Assembly (NCBI GenBank): GCA_964581995.1
Contig: CAZOQB010000007.1
Coordinates: 58,028-122,027, forward strand
Direction: 5' to 3'
Origin: an uncultured Ignavibacteriaceae bacterium
GTDB taxonomy: Bacteria > Bacteroidota > Ignavibacteria > UBA10030 > BY39
DNA length: 64,000 nucleotides
Positions 18,073 through 28,265 of the stretch are shown piece by piece. Both the position numbers and the translations under genes were made by a program. The notes below the pieces were generated by a model, which was given only the letters and a program-made list of their open reading frames with translations, made no database searches and was not told the origin of the DNA. The first letter of the stretch is position 1; every line of letters starts with the position of its first letter.

Positions 18073-21000
18073 ATGGCAACTGAACGATTAAACTCGATTA
18101 CTGCTTTAAAAAAATTTCAAGAGAAATTAGTAGCGCATAAAGATACAAACACACCAACGATCATAATTTCTGCCGGAACATGCGGCCAAGCGAGCGGAGC
18201 TAATGATCTAATCCGAATTGCCAAACGCGAAATTATTGCAAGAAAATTAACGGGAAAGGTCCTTCTCCGGGTAACCGGCTGTCATGGTTACTGCGAAATG
18301 GAACCATCCGTCCTTATCGAACCGCGAGGAACTTTTTATCCTAAGTTGAAAATGGATGACATGGTCCGAATTGTTGAGGCAGCAGCAAAAGGTGCATTAT
18401 TGCCCGATTTATTTTACACCGATCTTGCCACGGGTCAAAGATTTGAAAAGCAAAACGATATACCATTTTTTAAGAAACAAAGTCGCAACATCATATCAAG
18501 AAACGAGAAAGTAGATCCGATAAGAATTACCGACTACATCGCAAATGACGGTTATTCATCACTGATGAAAGTCCTTGAAAAAAATGATGCTACTTGGGTT
18601 GTGGAAGAAGTCAAAGCATCCGGTTTGCGTGGCAGAGGTGGTGCCGGATTTCCAACCGGTATAAAGTGGGAAATGCTTGCAAACCAAAAAAATGGAACGG
18701 GCAAATTCCTTGTCTGTAATGCAGACGAGGGCGATCCTGGGGCATATATGGACCGAAGCGTTCTTGAAGGAAATCCACATAGCATCATCGAGGGCATGAT
18801 CATCGGAGCTTTCGGAACAGGTGCAACAGAAGGCATCATCTACGTCAGGAATGAATATCCACTCGCTATAAAACATCTCATAATAGCTTTACGTCAAGCT
18901 CGTGAACTTGGTGTTCTGGGTAATAATATTTTAGGTACTAATTTCTCATTTGATATTAACGTAGTAAAAGGTGCAGGTGCATTTGTTTGTGGTGAAGAAA
19001 CTGCCCTCATCCGCTCGATAGAAGGGAAAATGGGTGAACCACGTCAGCGTCCACCCTATCCTGTTAAAAAGGGAATCGATGGCAAACCCACGGCGATTAA
19101 TAATGTTGAGACTTGGGCGAACGTCCCAATTATCATCAACGAGGGCGGTGAAGAATTCGCAAAGGTTGGTACGAAGAAAAACGCCGGAACGAAAATTTTC
19201 AGTCTCGTTGGTAAAGTAAAAAATACTGGTCTGGTTGAGATTCCAATGGGAGTTACTATCAACACGATAGTTAACGACATCGGCGGCGGACCTGTAAGCA
19301 AAGCAAAGATAAAAGCCGTTCAAACCGGCGGTCCCTCCGGCGGTTGTATTCCTGCTAAGATGTTCGACTTACCGATTGATTATGATAGCTTAACTGCTGC
19401 CGGCTCTATCATGGGATCGGGTGGTATGATTGTTATGGATGACGATACTTGCATGGTAGATGTGGCAAAGTACTTCATGAATTTCTTAAAAGATGAATCG
19501 TGCGGAAAGTGTTTTACATGCCGCAAAGGAACTCAGCGCATGTACGAAATCCTTGAAGATATTTCAGAAGGAAAAGGAACTCAAGGTCATTTAAAACTTC
19601 TCGCAGAATTAGCTGAAACAGTTAAAGACACTTCGATGTGTGGACTTGGTCAATCGGCACCGAATCCAATTTTAAGTACATTACGATACTTCATTGATGA
19701 ATATAAAAGACATATCTACGACAAGCGATGCGATGCTTTTGTTTGCAAAGGAATCGTCGGTGCACCTTGTGCATCCGCTTGTCCGATTGGAACGGAGGCA
19801 TGGCGTTACATAGCACATATCCAGCGTGGTGAATTTGAGGAAGCATATAGAGTTATCAGAGAAGCCAATCCGCTTCCCTCTGTTTGTTCTCGTGTATGTA
19901 ATCATCCGTGCGAAGATCGATGTAAAGCAGGAACTCACGGTGGTGAATCAATCGCCATTCGCGCACTGAAAAGATTCGTCACAGATCGCATCGAGCCCTC
20001 CGTTTATAAACCATTGCGCCTTGCAAAAACAACCGATGGCTTCCCACTTGTTGCTATTGTTGGAGCGGGTCCCGCCGGATTGACTGCGGCACATTATCTT
20101 TCATTGAAAGGATACAAGGTAACGGTTTTCGAAACAGAAGCACAGCCGGGTGGAATGCTTTTCAGTGCAATTCCATCTTATCGCTTGCCCCATGAAGTTA
20201 TTAAGAAAGAAATAGATGCTTTGCTGGACGAAAATATAACGCTCAAATGTAATGTTACTTTGGGTCGCGATATAACTTTAGATAGTTTATTCGATGACGG
20301 ATTCAAAGCAGTATTCGTAGCGATTGGTGCGCACAAGAGTTTGCGCTTACAATTGAGGGGAGAGGATATGCCCGGAGTTTATCCATCAATCCAATTCCTG
20401 AAAGCTTTTAACATTCGTGGTGATAAGTTAGCAAAAGGACGTGTTGGAATTGTTGGAGGTGGCAACTCTGCTCTTGATGCGGCAAGAATTGCAATCCGCC
20501 AACCTGATGTGAAAAGTGTTTCGATTTTCTATCGACGCACACGCGAAGAAATGCCTGCATTTGAAGAAGAGATTGAAGCTGCTCTTCAGGAAGGCATCCA
20601 TATCGAGACGTTGGTATCACCAACCGGAATTCTTTCCGAAGGTGGTAAACTTTCGGGTATTGAATGTATTAATAACGAATTAGGAGAACTTGATGCCACG
20701 GGACGTCGCCGTCCGGTAGCAATTCCCGGTACCCAACATGTTATCCCGCTCGATACCTTGATTGTAGCAATCAGTGAGGGCTCGGATACCGACTGCGTAA
20801 CTGTTGCAGGTGCGAATCGGCTTGATATCGATAATCAGAAAAACACTATAATCGTAGAGCGTGAAACTCTGTGTACGAATCGTCCGGGAGTTTTTGCAGG
20901 TGGAGATGTAATAACTGGTCCTAATACTGTAATAGATGCAATCGCCGCAGGTAAAAAAGTCGCCGTGATGATCGACCGCTACTTGAAAAACGAGGAATTG

Positions 21001-21261
21001 AAACAACCATCTGAATTGAAATTACCTCATCATTACATCGAACCGATGAAAACAAACGGCAGCGCGCAATCATCAAAACGAACTGATGTACCGCGTATTT
21101 CTATTGACAGAAGGAAACACGAATACACCGAAGTCGAGATGGCGCTTTCTATTGAAGAGGCGAAGAACGAAGCGGGCAGATGCCTCCGATGCGATCTTGA
21201 ATTCACACAGAAGAAAAATGAAGATTCAAAATCTCAGGTATTGAAGGAACAATCAGCATGA
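18073..21261 (+). CDS. Fusion of a NuoF-like NADH-binding FMN/[4Fe-4S] flavoprotein (with an N-terminal 2Fe-2S thioredoxin-like domain) to a GltD/NfnB-like NAD(P)H:FAD oxidoreductase
   Basis: GRGGAGFPTGIKW (FMN/NADH site). ESCGKCFTCR (N3 cluster). CSRVCNHPCEDRC (GltD N-terminal Fe-S). AIVGAGPAGLTAAHYL and GIVGGGNSALDAARIA Rossmann motifs. Confidence 0.75.
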   Translation: MATERLNSITALKKFQEKLVAHKDTNTPTIIISAGTCGQASGANDLIRIAKREIIARKLTGKVLLRVTGCHGYCEMEPSVLIEPRGTFYPKLKMDDMVRIVEAAAKGALLPDLFYTDLATGQRFEKQNDIPFFKKQSRNIISRNEKVDPIRITDYIANDGYSSLMKVLEKNDATWVVEEVKASGLRGRGGAGFPTGIKWEMLANQKNGTGKFLVCNADEGDPGAYMDRSVLEGNPHSIIEGMIIGAFGTGATEGIIYVRNEYPLAIKHLIIALRQARELGVLGNNILGTNFSFDINVVKGAGAFVCGEETALIRSIEGKMGEPRQRPPYPVKKGIDGKPTAINNVETWANVPIIINEGGEEFAKVGTKKNAGTKIFSLVGKVKNTGLVEIPMGVTINTIVNDIGGGPVSKAKIKAVQTGGPSGGCIPAKMFDLPIDYDSLTAAGSIMGSGGMIVMDDDTCMVDVAKYFMNFLKDESCGKCFTCRKGTQRMYEILEDISEGKGTQGHLKLLAELAETVKDTSMCGLGQSAPNPILSTLRYFIDEYKRHIYDKRCDAFVCKGIVGAPCASACPIGTEAWRYIAHIQRGEFEEAYRVIREANPLPSVCSRVCNHPCEDRCKAGTHGGESIAIRALKRFVTDRIEPSVYKPLRLAKTTDGFPLVAIVGAGPAGLTAAHYLSLKGYKVTVFETEAQPGGMLFSAIPSYRLPHEVIKKEIDALLDENITLKCNVTLGRDITLDSLFDDGFKAVFVAIGAHKSLRLQLRGEDMPGVYPSIQFLKAFNIRGDKLAKGRVGIVGGGNSALDAARIAIRQPDVKSVSIFYRRTREEMPAFEEEIEAALQEGIHIETLVSPTGILSEGGKLSGIECINNELGELDATGRRRPVAIPGTQHVIPLDTLIVAISEGSDTDCVTVAGANRLDIDNQKNTIIVERETLCTNRPGVFAGGDVITGPNTVIDAIAAGKKVAVMIDRYLKNEELKQPSELKLPHHYIEPMKTNGSAQSSKRTDVPRISIDRRKHEYTEVEMALSIEEAKNEAGRCLRCDLEFTQKKNEDSKSQVLKEQSA

Positions 21262-21935
21262 TTAATATAAAAATAAATGGTTTGCCTCTCTCCGTTGAAG
21301 AAGGCACAACAATACTCGAAGCCGCAGAATTCCTTGGATTCCCGATCCCAACTTTGTGCCACATGGATGGCTTGACGCCATATGGAGCATGTCGGTTGTG
21401 TGTTGTGGAAATCGGTGAAGGACTCAAATCAAAACTTGTTTCGTCATGCACATATCCGGTTGAGGAAGGAATGAAAATCAGAACAGCTTCCAATCGGGTC
21501 ATTCGCGCACGGAAGATGGTAATCGAGTTATTGCTTGCGTCTTGTCCACAATCAAAAATTATTCAGGATATCGCATCAGCACATCAAGTGCGGCAACAAC
21601 GTTTCAGACAAGAACATGAAGACTGCATCCTTTGTGGATTATGTGTTCGAATGTGCAAAGAACAAATGGTTGCACATGCAATCGGCTTCCGTGGACGAGG
21701 TGAGCATCGAAGCATTGGTACACCGTTCGATATTAAGTCTGAAAAATGTCGCCTCTGTGGTGGTTGTATTTACGTTTGTCCGGCTTGCCAGTTAAGATGT
21801 ACGTACAATCAACCCGAACTTGCAATATGCGGCGGCTGCGCTAACTTAAGTCCACCCTGCATCGAAAAAGAAAAGTTTAATGACATGATGTGCTACATGG
21901 AACCCTGTGTGGCATGTGAAATAAAAAAAGATTAA
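21258..21935 (+). CDS. Fe-S subunit resembling the NuoG/HydA N-terminus (one [2Fe-2S] plus two [4Fe-4S])
   Basis: The N-terminus MINIKINGLPLSVEEGTTILEAAEFLG…LCHMDGLTPYGACRLC matches the plant-type [2Fe-2S] ferredoxin motif at the NuoG N-terminus. Further Cys clusters CILCGLCVRMC…CRLCGGCIYVCPAC may hold [4Fe-4S] clusters (inference). Its ATG overlaps the preceding stop (ATGA). Confidence 0.65.
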   Translation: MINIKINGLPLSVEEGTTILEAAEFLGFPIPTLCHMDGLTPYGACRLCVVEIGEGLKSKLVSSCTYPVEEGMKIRTASNRVIRARKMVIELLLASCPQSKIIQDIASAHQVRQQRFRQEHEDCILCGLCVRMCKEQMVAHAIGFRGRGEHRSIGTPFDIKSEKCRLCGGCIYVCPACQLRCTYNQPELAICGGCANLSPPCIEKEKFNDMMCYMEPCVACEIKKD

Positions 21936-21954
21936 CGAAAGGAGATACACAAAA

Positions 21955-23535
21955 ATGTCGCTCTCAAAAATAAACGCAACAGCTGCAACTTTAACTAAAA
22001 ACAGAACAGACGGTTCCATAGTACCTGCCTCTGGCATGTGCGTAACCTGCGTCGATGGATGCATAGGAATGTGCGAAATCGGCAAATCTGCTTATCGTGG
22101 TCACGAAGTAATTTATCCGCAGCCGTTCGGCGTCATCACAACGGCGGGAGAAAAATATTACCCTGTCGACTATTCTCACTTCAACATCATGGGTACTGCA
22201 GTCGGTGCACATGGTATTAAAGCCGATAGCGATGTAGCCATCTTCCCGAATGTGAATTTAGAAGTTCGCTTCGGTCATGATAAGGGAATTAAGTTCCACT
22301 ACCCATGGATAATACCCGGCATCGGCTCAACTGATATTGCAAAAAATAATTGGGAGGGCTTGGCGATTGGCTCCGCTCTTTCAGGAACCGGCTTAACAAT
22401 TGGTGAGAATGTGGTCGGCATGGATATGGAAGCCGTAATAAAGAATGGTAAAGTTCATGATACAGTTGACTTAAAGCGTCGCATTTCACTTTATAAAGAC
22501 CACATGCGCAATGGCTTTGGTGCGATCATCGTCCAGGCGAATGTTGAAGACACACGCCTCGGTGTTCAAGAATATGCCATCGAGAAACTTGGGGTTCAAA
22601 TTGTTGAATTGAAATGGGGCCAGGGTGCAAAAGACATCGGTGGTGAAGTGAAAATCCGAAATCTTAAAAAAGCTCAAACACTTTACCAGCGTGGCTATGT
22701 CGTTCTCCCCAATCCTATGGATGAGATGATCATCAAAGCATTTGAGCGTGGCGCATTCAAAGAATTCGAGCGGCATTCACGTGTCGGCATGGTAAGCGAA
22801 GAGTCATTCGCACAGCGAGTTGATGAACTCCGTAAAGCCGGCGCAAAATATATTTTCTTAAAAACCGGTGCATACCGCCCAGCCGATTTAGCTCGTGCAG
22901 TAAAGTATGCATCCAAATATAAACTTGATCTTCTCACAGTAGATGGTGCAGGCGGCGGAACAGGTATGAGCCCATGGCGGATGATGAATGAATGGGGCGT
23001 GCCACCTGTCGAATTACATTCACTATTGTATGACTATACCAAGAAATTGGCGGATAAAAAACAACATATCCCGGCGCTTGCAGTTGCAGGCGGATTTACA
23101 TTCGAGGATCAAATCTTCAAAGGACTTGCAATGGGAGCCCCGTTTGTTAAACTCGTTGGTATGGCACGTGCACCAATCGCGGCGGCAATGGTGGGAAAAA
23201 CAATCGGTCGTGCGATGGAAGAAGGTCAGTTGCCTATTTATGTTGAGCGATTTGGCAGCACAAAGGATGAAATCTTTGTAACCGCAGCTCACTTGCGCCA
23301 TGAATTAGGTAATGATGAATTCGAAAAAGTACCAGCGGGCGCGCTCGGCCTTTACACGTATTACGAGCGTCTCGCCCAGGGATTACGCCAGCTAATGGCA
23401 GGTAACAGAAAGTTTTCACTTGATCACATTACTCGTGACGACATCGCATCGCTTACACCAGAAGCAACCGCGATCAGCGGAATTAAATATGTGATGGATG
23501 TGGATAAAGAAGAAGTTGAAGCGATACTGAAGTAA
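21955..23535 (+). CDS. Glutamate synthase large-subunit central FMN domain family protein (GltS_FMN-like)
   Basis: LLTVDGAGGGTGMSPW and LAVAGGFTFEDQIFKGLAMGAP match GltB FMN-domain motifs. N-terminal Cys cluster CVTCVDGCIGMC. Confidence 0.65.
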   Translation: MSLSKINATAATLTKNRTDGSIVPASGMCVTCVDGCIGMCEIGKSAYRGHEVIYPQPFGVITTAGEKYYPVDYSHFNIMGTAVGAHGIKADSDVAIFPNVNLEVRFGHDKGIKFHYPWIIPGIGSTDIAKNNWEGLAIGSALSGTGLTIGENVVGMDMEAVIKNGKVHDTVDLKRRISLYKDHMRNGFGAIIVQANVEDTRLGVQEYAIEKLGVQIVELKWGQGAKDIGGEVKIRNLKKAQTLYQRGYVVLPNPMDEMIIKAFERGAFKEFERHSRVGMVSEESFAQRVDELRKAGAKYIFLKTGAYRPADLARAVKYASKYKLDLLTVDGAGGGTGMSPWRMMNEWGVPPVELHSLLYDYTKKLADKKQHIPALAVAGGFTFEDQIFKGLAMGAPFVKLVGMARAPIAAAMVGKTIGRAMEEGQLPIYVERFGSTKDEIFVTAAHLRHELGNDEFEKVPAGALGLYTYYERLAQGLRQLMAGNRKFSLDHITRDDIASLTPEATAISGIKYVMDVDKEEVEAILK

Positions 23536-23555
23536 TATTAGTCGGAAGACTCTAC

Positions 23556-23594
23556 AAAACCTGACAGTTCAATTTGATCTGTCAGGTTTTTTAA
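23556..23594. terminator. Bidirectional rho-independent terminator
   Basis: aaaacctgacag…ctgtcaggtttttt. Confidence 0.55.
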
Positions 23595-26500
23595 TTTTCA
23601 GGTTTCAAAATTATTCCTTCATTTTTTTGACCATTCATTTTTACAACAAGAGGATTTTCTAACCGGAGATGTTTAGTGAACGATTTTTCTTCCACTATAT
23701 TTTGTGCCAACAACCATTCCCAATCGACGAATCCTTCTTCTATTCTAGAAGTAATAGTAAAATAACCAACCATGAACGAAGTTATATTCTGAAAAAAGTG
23801 TGAACCTTGCGATGGCGCGACATCAATATCTTTAAATCCCGCTTCAATGATGGCGCGCGCACCCGCAATCTGTTCCCACTTCACAGGAATACCAAGCCAC
23901 GGATCTAAACTCCCCCATCTTCCTAAACCAATTAAAAGGTACGGTCGCTGTTCGAAAACAAGTTTTTGATTGAATAGTCCGATCTCCTTCGCCACTTCAT
24001 TCGTTTTACTTCGATCAAATCGGTTGATATCAACCATTACAACATCATAGATATCTTTAATTATGCCATGACCTAACACCTGATGGCTGTGACAAATTAA
24101 CTTTTTCGCATCAATCTCTTCGATCTCCAATTCCTCTGCTTCACGGCTTAAAACAAGCGGACGAATTTGTAACAACCCAAACTCTTTGGGCTTTGAAAGT
24201 GAATCCGACATATTCACTGCAAACTCCAGTTCAACGGGCGTACCCATTCCCCAATTTCCCATTTCAAGTAAAAGCTCGACTATTTCCGGAAGTGGAAATA
24301 TTTTATTCCGAAGTATAGGCGCAAATGTAACAACCCGTTTCCCATCCCGCGAGAGGCCATCGTGTATCGTATCATTTTCAGAAGAATAGGTTGAGCCGAC
24401 ATAACTGAGAGTTCCATCGCGCTCAGCTTCATTCAGTTCATATTTCTTTAACAGTGTGTAGTTAGGATCAGCGGTATCGTTTAATTTTGATTCGAGATCC
24501 AGAGCAAAAAATTCGGTTTGACTGTTTCGAAGTGTTTCCTTGACAGAATAAAATTGTAAAAGATTATCGGGATACTTCGGGCAAAAACGCACGGTGATTC
24601 CGCCATCGACAATCATCTTTCCTAATCCAAGTGCAACCGACACAATTCCGTCCTGCGATTTCTGGGGCGCAATTGGGTAGAAATTATAAGATTTTGCAAC
24701 TCCAGAGAAATCCGGATAAAACTTTGAATCATGTGGATCCCCGACCATCTTCTGAACGATAACCGCCATCTTTTCTTCTTCAAGCCGATACGATGTTACC
24801 TTGATGTAATCTTTTGCATTTTGATAAAAAGTTGAAGCATATACTCGCTTTATACTGTTTATCAAGTCCATACGTCGAGTAACCAGATTATCGTGATTAT
24901 TCGGTATCATATAAGTTTTATAAACGCCTGCGAATGGGTGGAACTGGGAATCTTCCAAAAGTGATGAAGATCGAACAGCGAGCGGTTCCCGAACAATATC
25001 TAAAAAATCAATTAATTGTCGACTTACTTTCCGAGGAAATTTTTTTGCCTCCAAAAAACGATGTGTGATTTCTGTATCGTCCGTGCAGCGTAATGCAAAC
25101 TCACGCAAATTGTTTTCGTCAAGGAACTGATCAAATACGTCTGTTCCAAGAATAACCGCAGGGGGAACCGTAATTTGAATATCCTTGAATCGATCACGTA
25201 TATCAAAATTGCTTAATAAAGTATTAACAAATCCCAATCCGCGAGCTTTACCACCAAGCGATCCGCTGCCGATCCGAGCAAAACTGCTCGACGGATCGTA
25301 AGTTGTTTTATCGAAATCTGTTATTTGCCCCAATTGCCGCAACCGACGATGTGTTTGGAATGATATGATCAGATCCTGCCGCATACCGGTAATGGATGGA
25401 AAATCTGAAACCTTACGCGGTCGATGTTTATATGCAAGCCAGAATTCAGTTCTCGCTTTAAGCCAGTTTGAAAAATGATTTCTTTCAGCATGGTAGCGGA
25501 GACTCTCATCCGGAACAAAATTCAATTGTTCTTCGAGAGATTTCAAATCAGTTGCCCGGCTAACCTCTGTTCCGTCAGGCATACGGAAAATGAAATCTCC
25601 AAAGCTAAAGTAGCGATTCATGAACAGCCGCAGATCATTCAGTAAAGTTGGAGAATCTTTGAGCAAAAAAGATACACCGATTGTGTGAACTTCGATCTCT
25701 TTATCGGGTGCATTCGATTGCAGCAAAATTGGTATATCGGCACGGCGCGACTTCACATTTTTTGCAAATTCGATTCCAGCTTGCGGATCATCGCTGCCAT
25801 TACGGTAAAAATCGATGTCCGATATAATTCCGAGAATATTTTCCTCATACTTCTGAAAATATTCCCATGCTTCTTCGTATGTTGTGCATAGAAGAATTTT
25901 GGGCCTCGCCCTCATTCGAAGAAACCGATCCGATGGATTGATACCCTCCGTAATTAATCGCTGAGATTGGATGAGAATTTCCGTGTAGATGATTGGTAGA
26001 AAAGCTGAGTAATATTTGACATTATCTTCGATAAGAATAATAGATTGGACGCCAGCGGTTTTAGTATCATGCTCAACATTCATCCGATCTTCGATATATT
26101 TAATAATCGCAACAAGAATTCGAGAGTCTCCTTGCCATATAAAAATCCTGTCGAATACTGAAGTATCCTGCCTTAGCATTAACTCTGATAGTTCCCGGTT
26201 ATCATATGTAAGAAGTACGACAGGAATATTCAATCCTGATTCTTTCACCTTCCTGGCAAATCGTACTGCATGGAAATCCTCGATATGCAGCGTAGTGATT
26301 ATTAAATCGAATCGCCGCCCACCAGTTGCCAACTCTAATGCCTCTTCCCCGCTCGAAACATGTGTGATCTCAGGTGAGTGACTTAAATTAAGTCCTTCGT
26401 ATTCTTTTCTAATTAACTCATACAACCGTCCATCTTCTTCGATGATGTAAGAATCATAAAGACTGGAAACTAAAAGAATATCCCGGACATTGAACCGCAT

Positions 26501-26599
26501 GAGTTTTTGAAATCCCTGGAAACGTGTGCTATAGCCAGCGGTTTCCCATGGATATTCGGTACGTTTTGATGATGGTATAATATGATCTGCCATATTCAA
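23591..26599 (-). CDS. Two receiver-like (REC) domains fused to a PEP-utilising/pyruvate phosphate dikinase N-terminal (PPDK_N, ATP-grasp) domain protein
   Basis: ILIEDNVKYY… receiver fold. RIGSGSLGGKARGLGF is the PPDK_N nucleotide-binding motif. 1002 aa. Confidence 0.55.
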   Translation of the reverse strand: MNMADHIIPSSKRTEYPWETAGYSTRFQGFQKLMRFNVRDILLVSSLYDSYIIEEDGRLYELIRKEYEGLNLSHSPEITHVSSGEEALELATGGRRFDLIITTLHIEDFHAVRFARKVKESGLNIPVVLLTYDNRELSELMLRQDTSVFDRIFIWQGDSRILVAIIKYIEDRMNVEHDTKTAGVQSIILIEDNVKYYSAFLPIIYTEILIQSQRLITEGINPSDRFLRMRARPKILLCTTYEEAWEYFQKYEENILGIISDIDFYRNGSDDPQAGIEFAKNVKSRRADIPILLQSNAPDKEIEVHTIGVSFLLKDSPTLLNDLRLFMNRYFSFGDFIFRMPDGTEVSRATDLKSLEEQLNFVPDESLRYHAERNHFSNWLKARTEFWLAYKHRPRKVSDFPSITGMRQDLIISFQTHRRLRQLGQITDFDKTTYDPSSSFARIGSGSLGGKARGLGFVNTLLSNFDIRDRFKDIQITVPPAVILGTDVFDQFLDENNLREFALRCTDDTEITHRFLEAKKFPRKVSRQLIDFLDIVREPLAVRSSSLLEDSQFHPFAGVYKTYMIPNNHDNLVTRRMDLINSIKRVYASTFYQNAKDYIKVTSYRLEEEKMAVIVQKMVGDPHDSKFYPDFSGVAKSYNFYPIAPQKSQDGIVSVALGLGKMIVDGGITVRFCPKYPDNLLQFYSVKETLRNSQTEFFALDLESKLNDTADPNYTLLKKYELNEAERDGTLSYVGSTYSSENDTIHDGLSRDGKRVVTFAPILRNKIFPLPEIVELLLEMGNWGMGTPVELEFAVNMSDSLSKPKEFGLLQIRPLVLSREAEELEIEEIDAKKLICHSHQVLGHGIIKDIYDVVMVDINRFDRSKTNEVAKEIGLFNQKLVFEQRPYLLIGLGRWGSLDPWLGIPVKWEQIAGARAIIEAGFKDIDVAPSQGSHFFQNITSFMVGYFTITSRIEEGFVDWEWLLAQNIVEEKSFTKHLRLENPLVVKMNGQKNEGIILKPEN

Positions 26600-26726
26600 T
26601 GCAAATGGTACTTCATCTAAAAATAAATATTCTGAAAGTAAAAACTACTGCGTTCTAATAACCGTGAAGTATTCCTCTTTTCAAGACTACTTCATAGGTT
26701 ATAACATTTTTAGAGTTGAGTAAATT

Positions 26727-28085
26727 TTATACCAAACCTTGGTCAAGCATTGCATCTGCTACTTTCAGGAACCCGGCAATATTCGCTCCGTTTAGATAAT
26801 TTCCTGGAGTCCCATACTTTTCAGCTTCCTGTAAACACCTGTTGTGAATATTTATCATTATTTGATGCAAACGCTGGTCAACTTCTTCTTTGGGCCAAGG
26901 CAGGCGCATACTATTCTGACTCATTTCAAGTCCAGAGGTTGCAACACCGCCGGCATTCGATGCTTTACCGGGCGCATAAAGTATTTTTGCTTCCTGAAAT
27001 ATTTTTACGCCGGGAATTGTTGTCGGCATGTTTGCCCCTTCACAAACACAAATGCACCCGTTCTTTACAAGTTCTTTTGCGTCGTTTTCATCTAATTCAT
27101 TTTGAGTTGCACACGGCAACGCTACATCGGCTTTAACATTCCAAGCACGTTTACCGGCATAGAAAGGTACTTTGAATTTATCGGCAAACATTTTAACTTC
27201 ATCACGTGCGCTCGCGCGCATTTCGAGTAAGAAATCAATCTTCTCTCCTTTTATTCCATCTTTATCGTGAATAAATCCGTCGGGACCCGATAAGGTTACA
27301 ACCTTACCGCCGAGTTCTGTTACTTTGAGAGTAGCGCCCCAAGCTACATTTCCAAATCCCGATATGGCAACTGTTTTTCCATCGAACGAAAGTTTTCTTG
27401 TCTTTAGCATTTCCTCTGCAAAATATACAGCGCCAAATCCGGTAGCTTCAGGACGTATTAAAGAGCCGCCCCAATTCAATCCCTTCCCTGTCAGCACGCC
27501 GCTGAATTCCCGCGACAAACGTTTATACTGTCCGAATAAAAATCCGATTTCGCGCCCGCCGACTCCGATATCTCCAGCCGGAACGTCTGTGTCCGGACCG
27601 ATATGTCGATACAATTCCGTCATAAAACTCTGGCAGAAACGCATCACTTCAGCATCGCTCTTTCCTTTCGGATCGAAATCAGAGCCGCCCTTGCCTCCGC
27701 CCATCGGCAGAGATGTCAAACTATTTTTGAAAACCTGCTCGAAGGCGAGAAATTTTAGAATGCTTAATGTAACAGACGGATGGAATCGTAATCCACCTTT
27801 GTACGGACCGATGGCGCTGTTCATTTGAACTCTGAACCCTCGGTTGATATGAAACTCACCACGATCGTCCATCCACGGAACACGGAATATTATAATCCGT
27901 TCCGGCTCAACCATTCTTTCTAAAATTTTTCCCGAACGGTATTCCGGATGTTTTTGCAAAACAAGTTCTAGCGATTCAAACACTTCTTCAACTGCCTGGT
28001 GAAATTCTAATTCGCCAGGATTTTTTGCTTTTACTGAGTTAATTAGGTTTTTTAAGTAATCTGACATATAATCCTCATCTTTCAT
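26727..28085 (-). CDS. gdhA: NADP-specific glutamate dehydrogenase
   Basis: KGGLRFHPSV, GGGKGGSDFDPKGKSD, Rossmann GFGNVAWG. Confidence 0.9.
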   Translation of the reverse strand: MKDEDYMSDYLKNLINSVKAKNPGELEFHQAVEEVFESLELVLQKHPEYRSGKILERMVEPERIIIFRVPWMDDRGEFHINRGFRVQMNSAIGPYKGGLRFHPSVTLSILKFLAFEQVFKNSLTSLPMGGGKGGSDFDPKGKSDAEVMRFCQSFMTELYRHIGPDTDVPAGDIGVGGREIGFLFGQYKRLSREFSGVLTGKGLNWGGSLIRPEATGFGAVYFAEEMLKTRKLSFDGKTVAISGFGNVAWGATLKVTELGGKVVTLSGPDGFIHDKDGIKGEKIDFLLEMRASARDEVKMFADKFKVPFYAGKRAWNVKADVALPCATQNELDENDAKELVKNGCICVCEGANMPTTIPGVKIFQEAKILYAPGKASNAGGVATSGLEMSQNSMRLPWPKEEVDQRLHQIMINIHNRCLQEAEKYGTPGNYLNGANIAGFLKVADAMLDQGLV

Positions 28086-28265
28086 TTCCTTGATTAAATA
28101 TTGTTATCTAACTTTTTAATTAATGATTTTTCTTGATACGAACAAAATACTTTGATTATAACTGATTGCGGGGTAATATTAGAGACGACTTAGAACACTC
28201 TACTTTGATTTTTATTTCTCTTATATAATACGAAAAGAATCTATAATTTTCAAATTTCAAAACAT

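Noticed and set aside
18552-21006. Minus-strand ORFs inside the NuoF-GltD gene
   Set aside because: Shadow ORFs; the plus-strand frame carries all conserved motifs.
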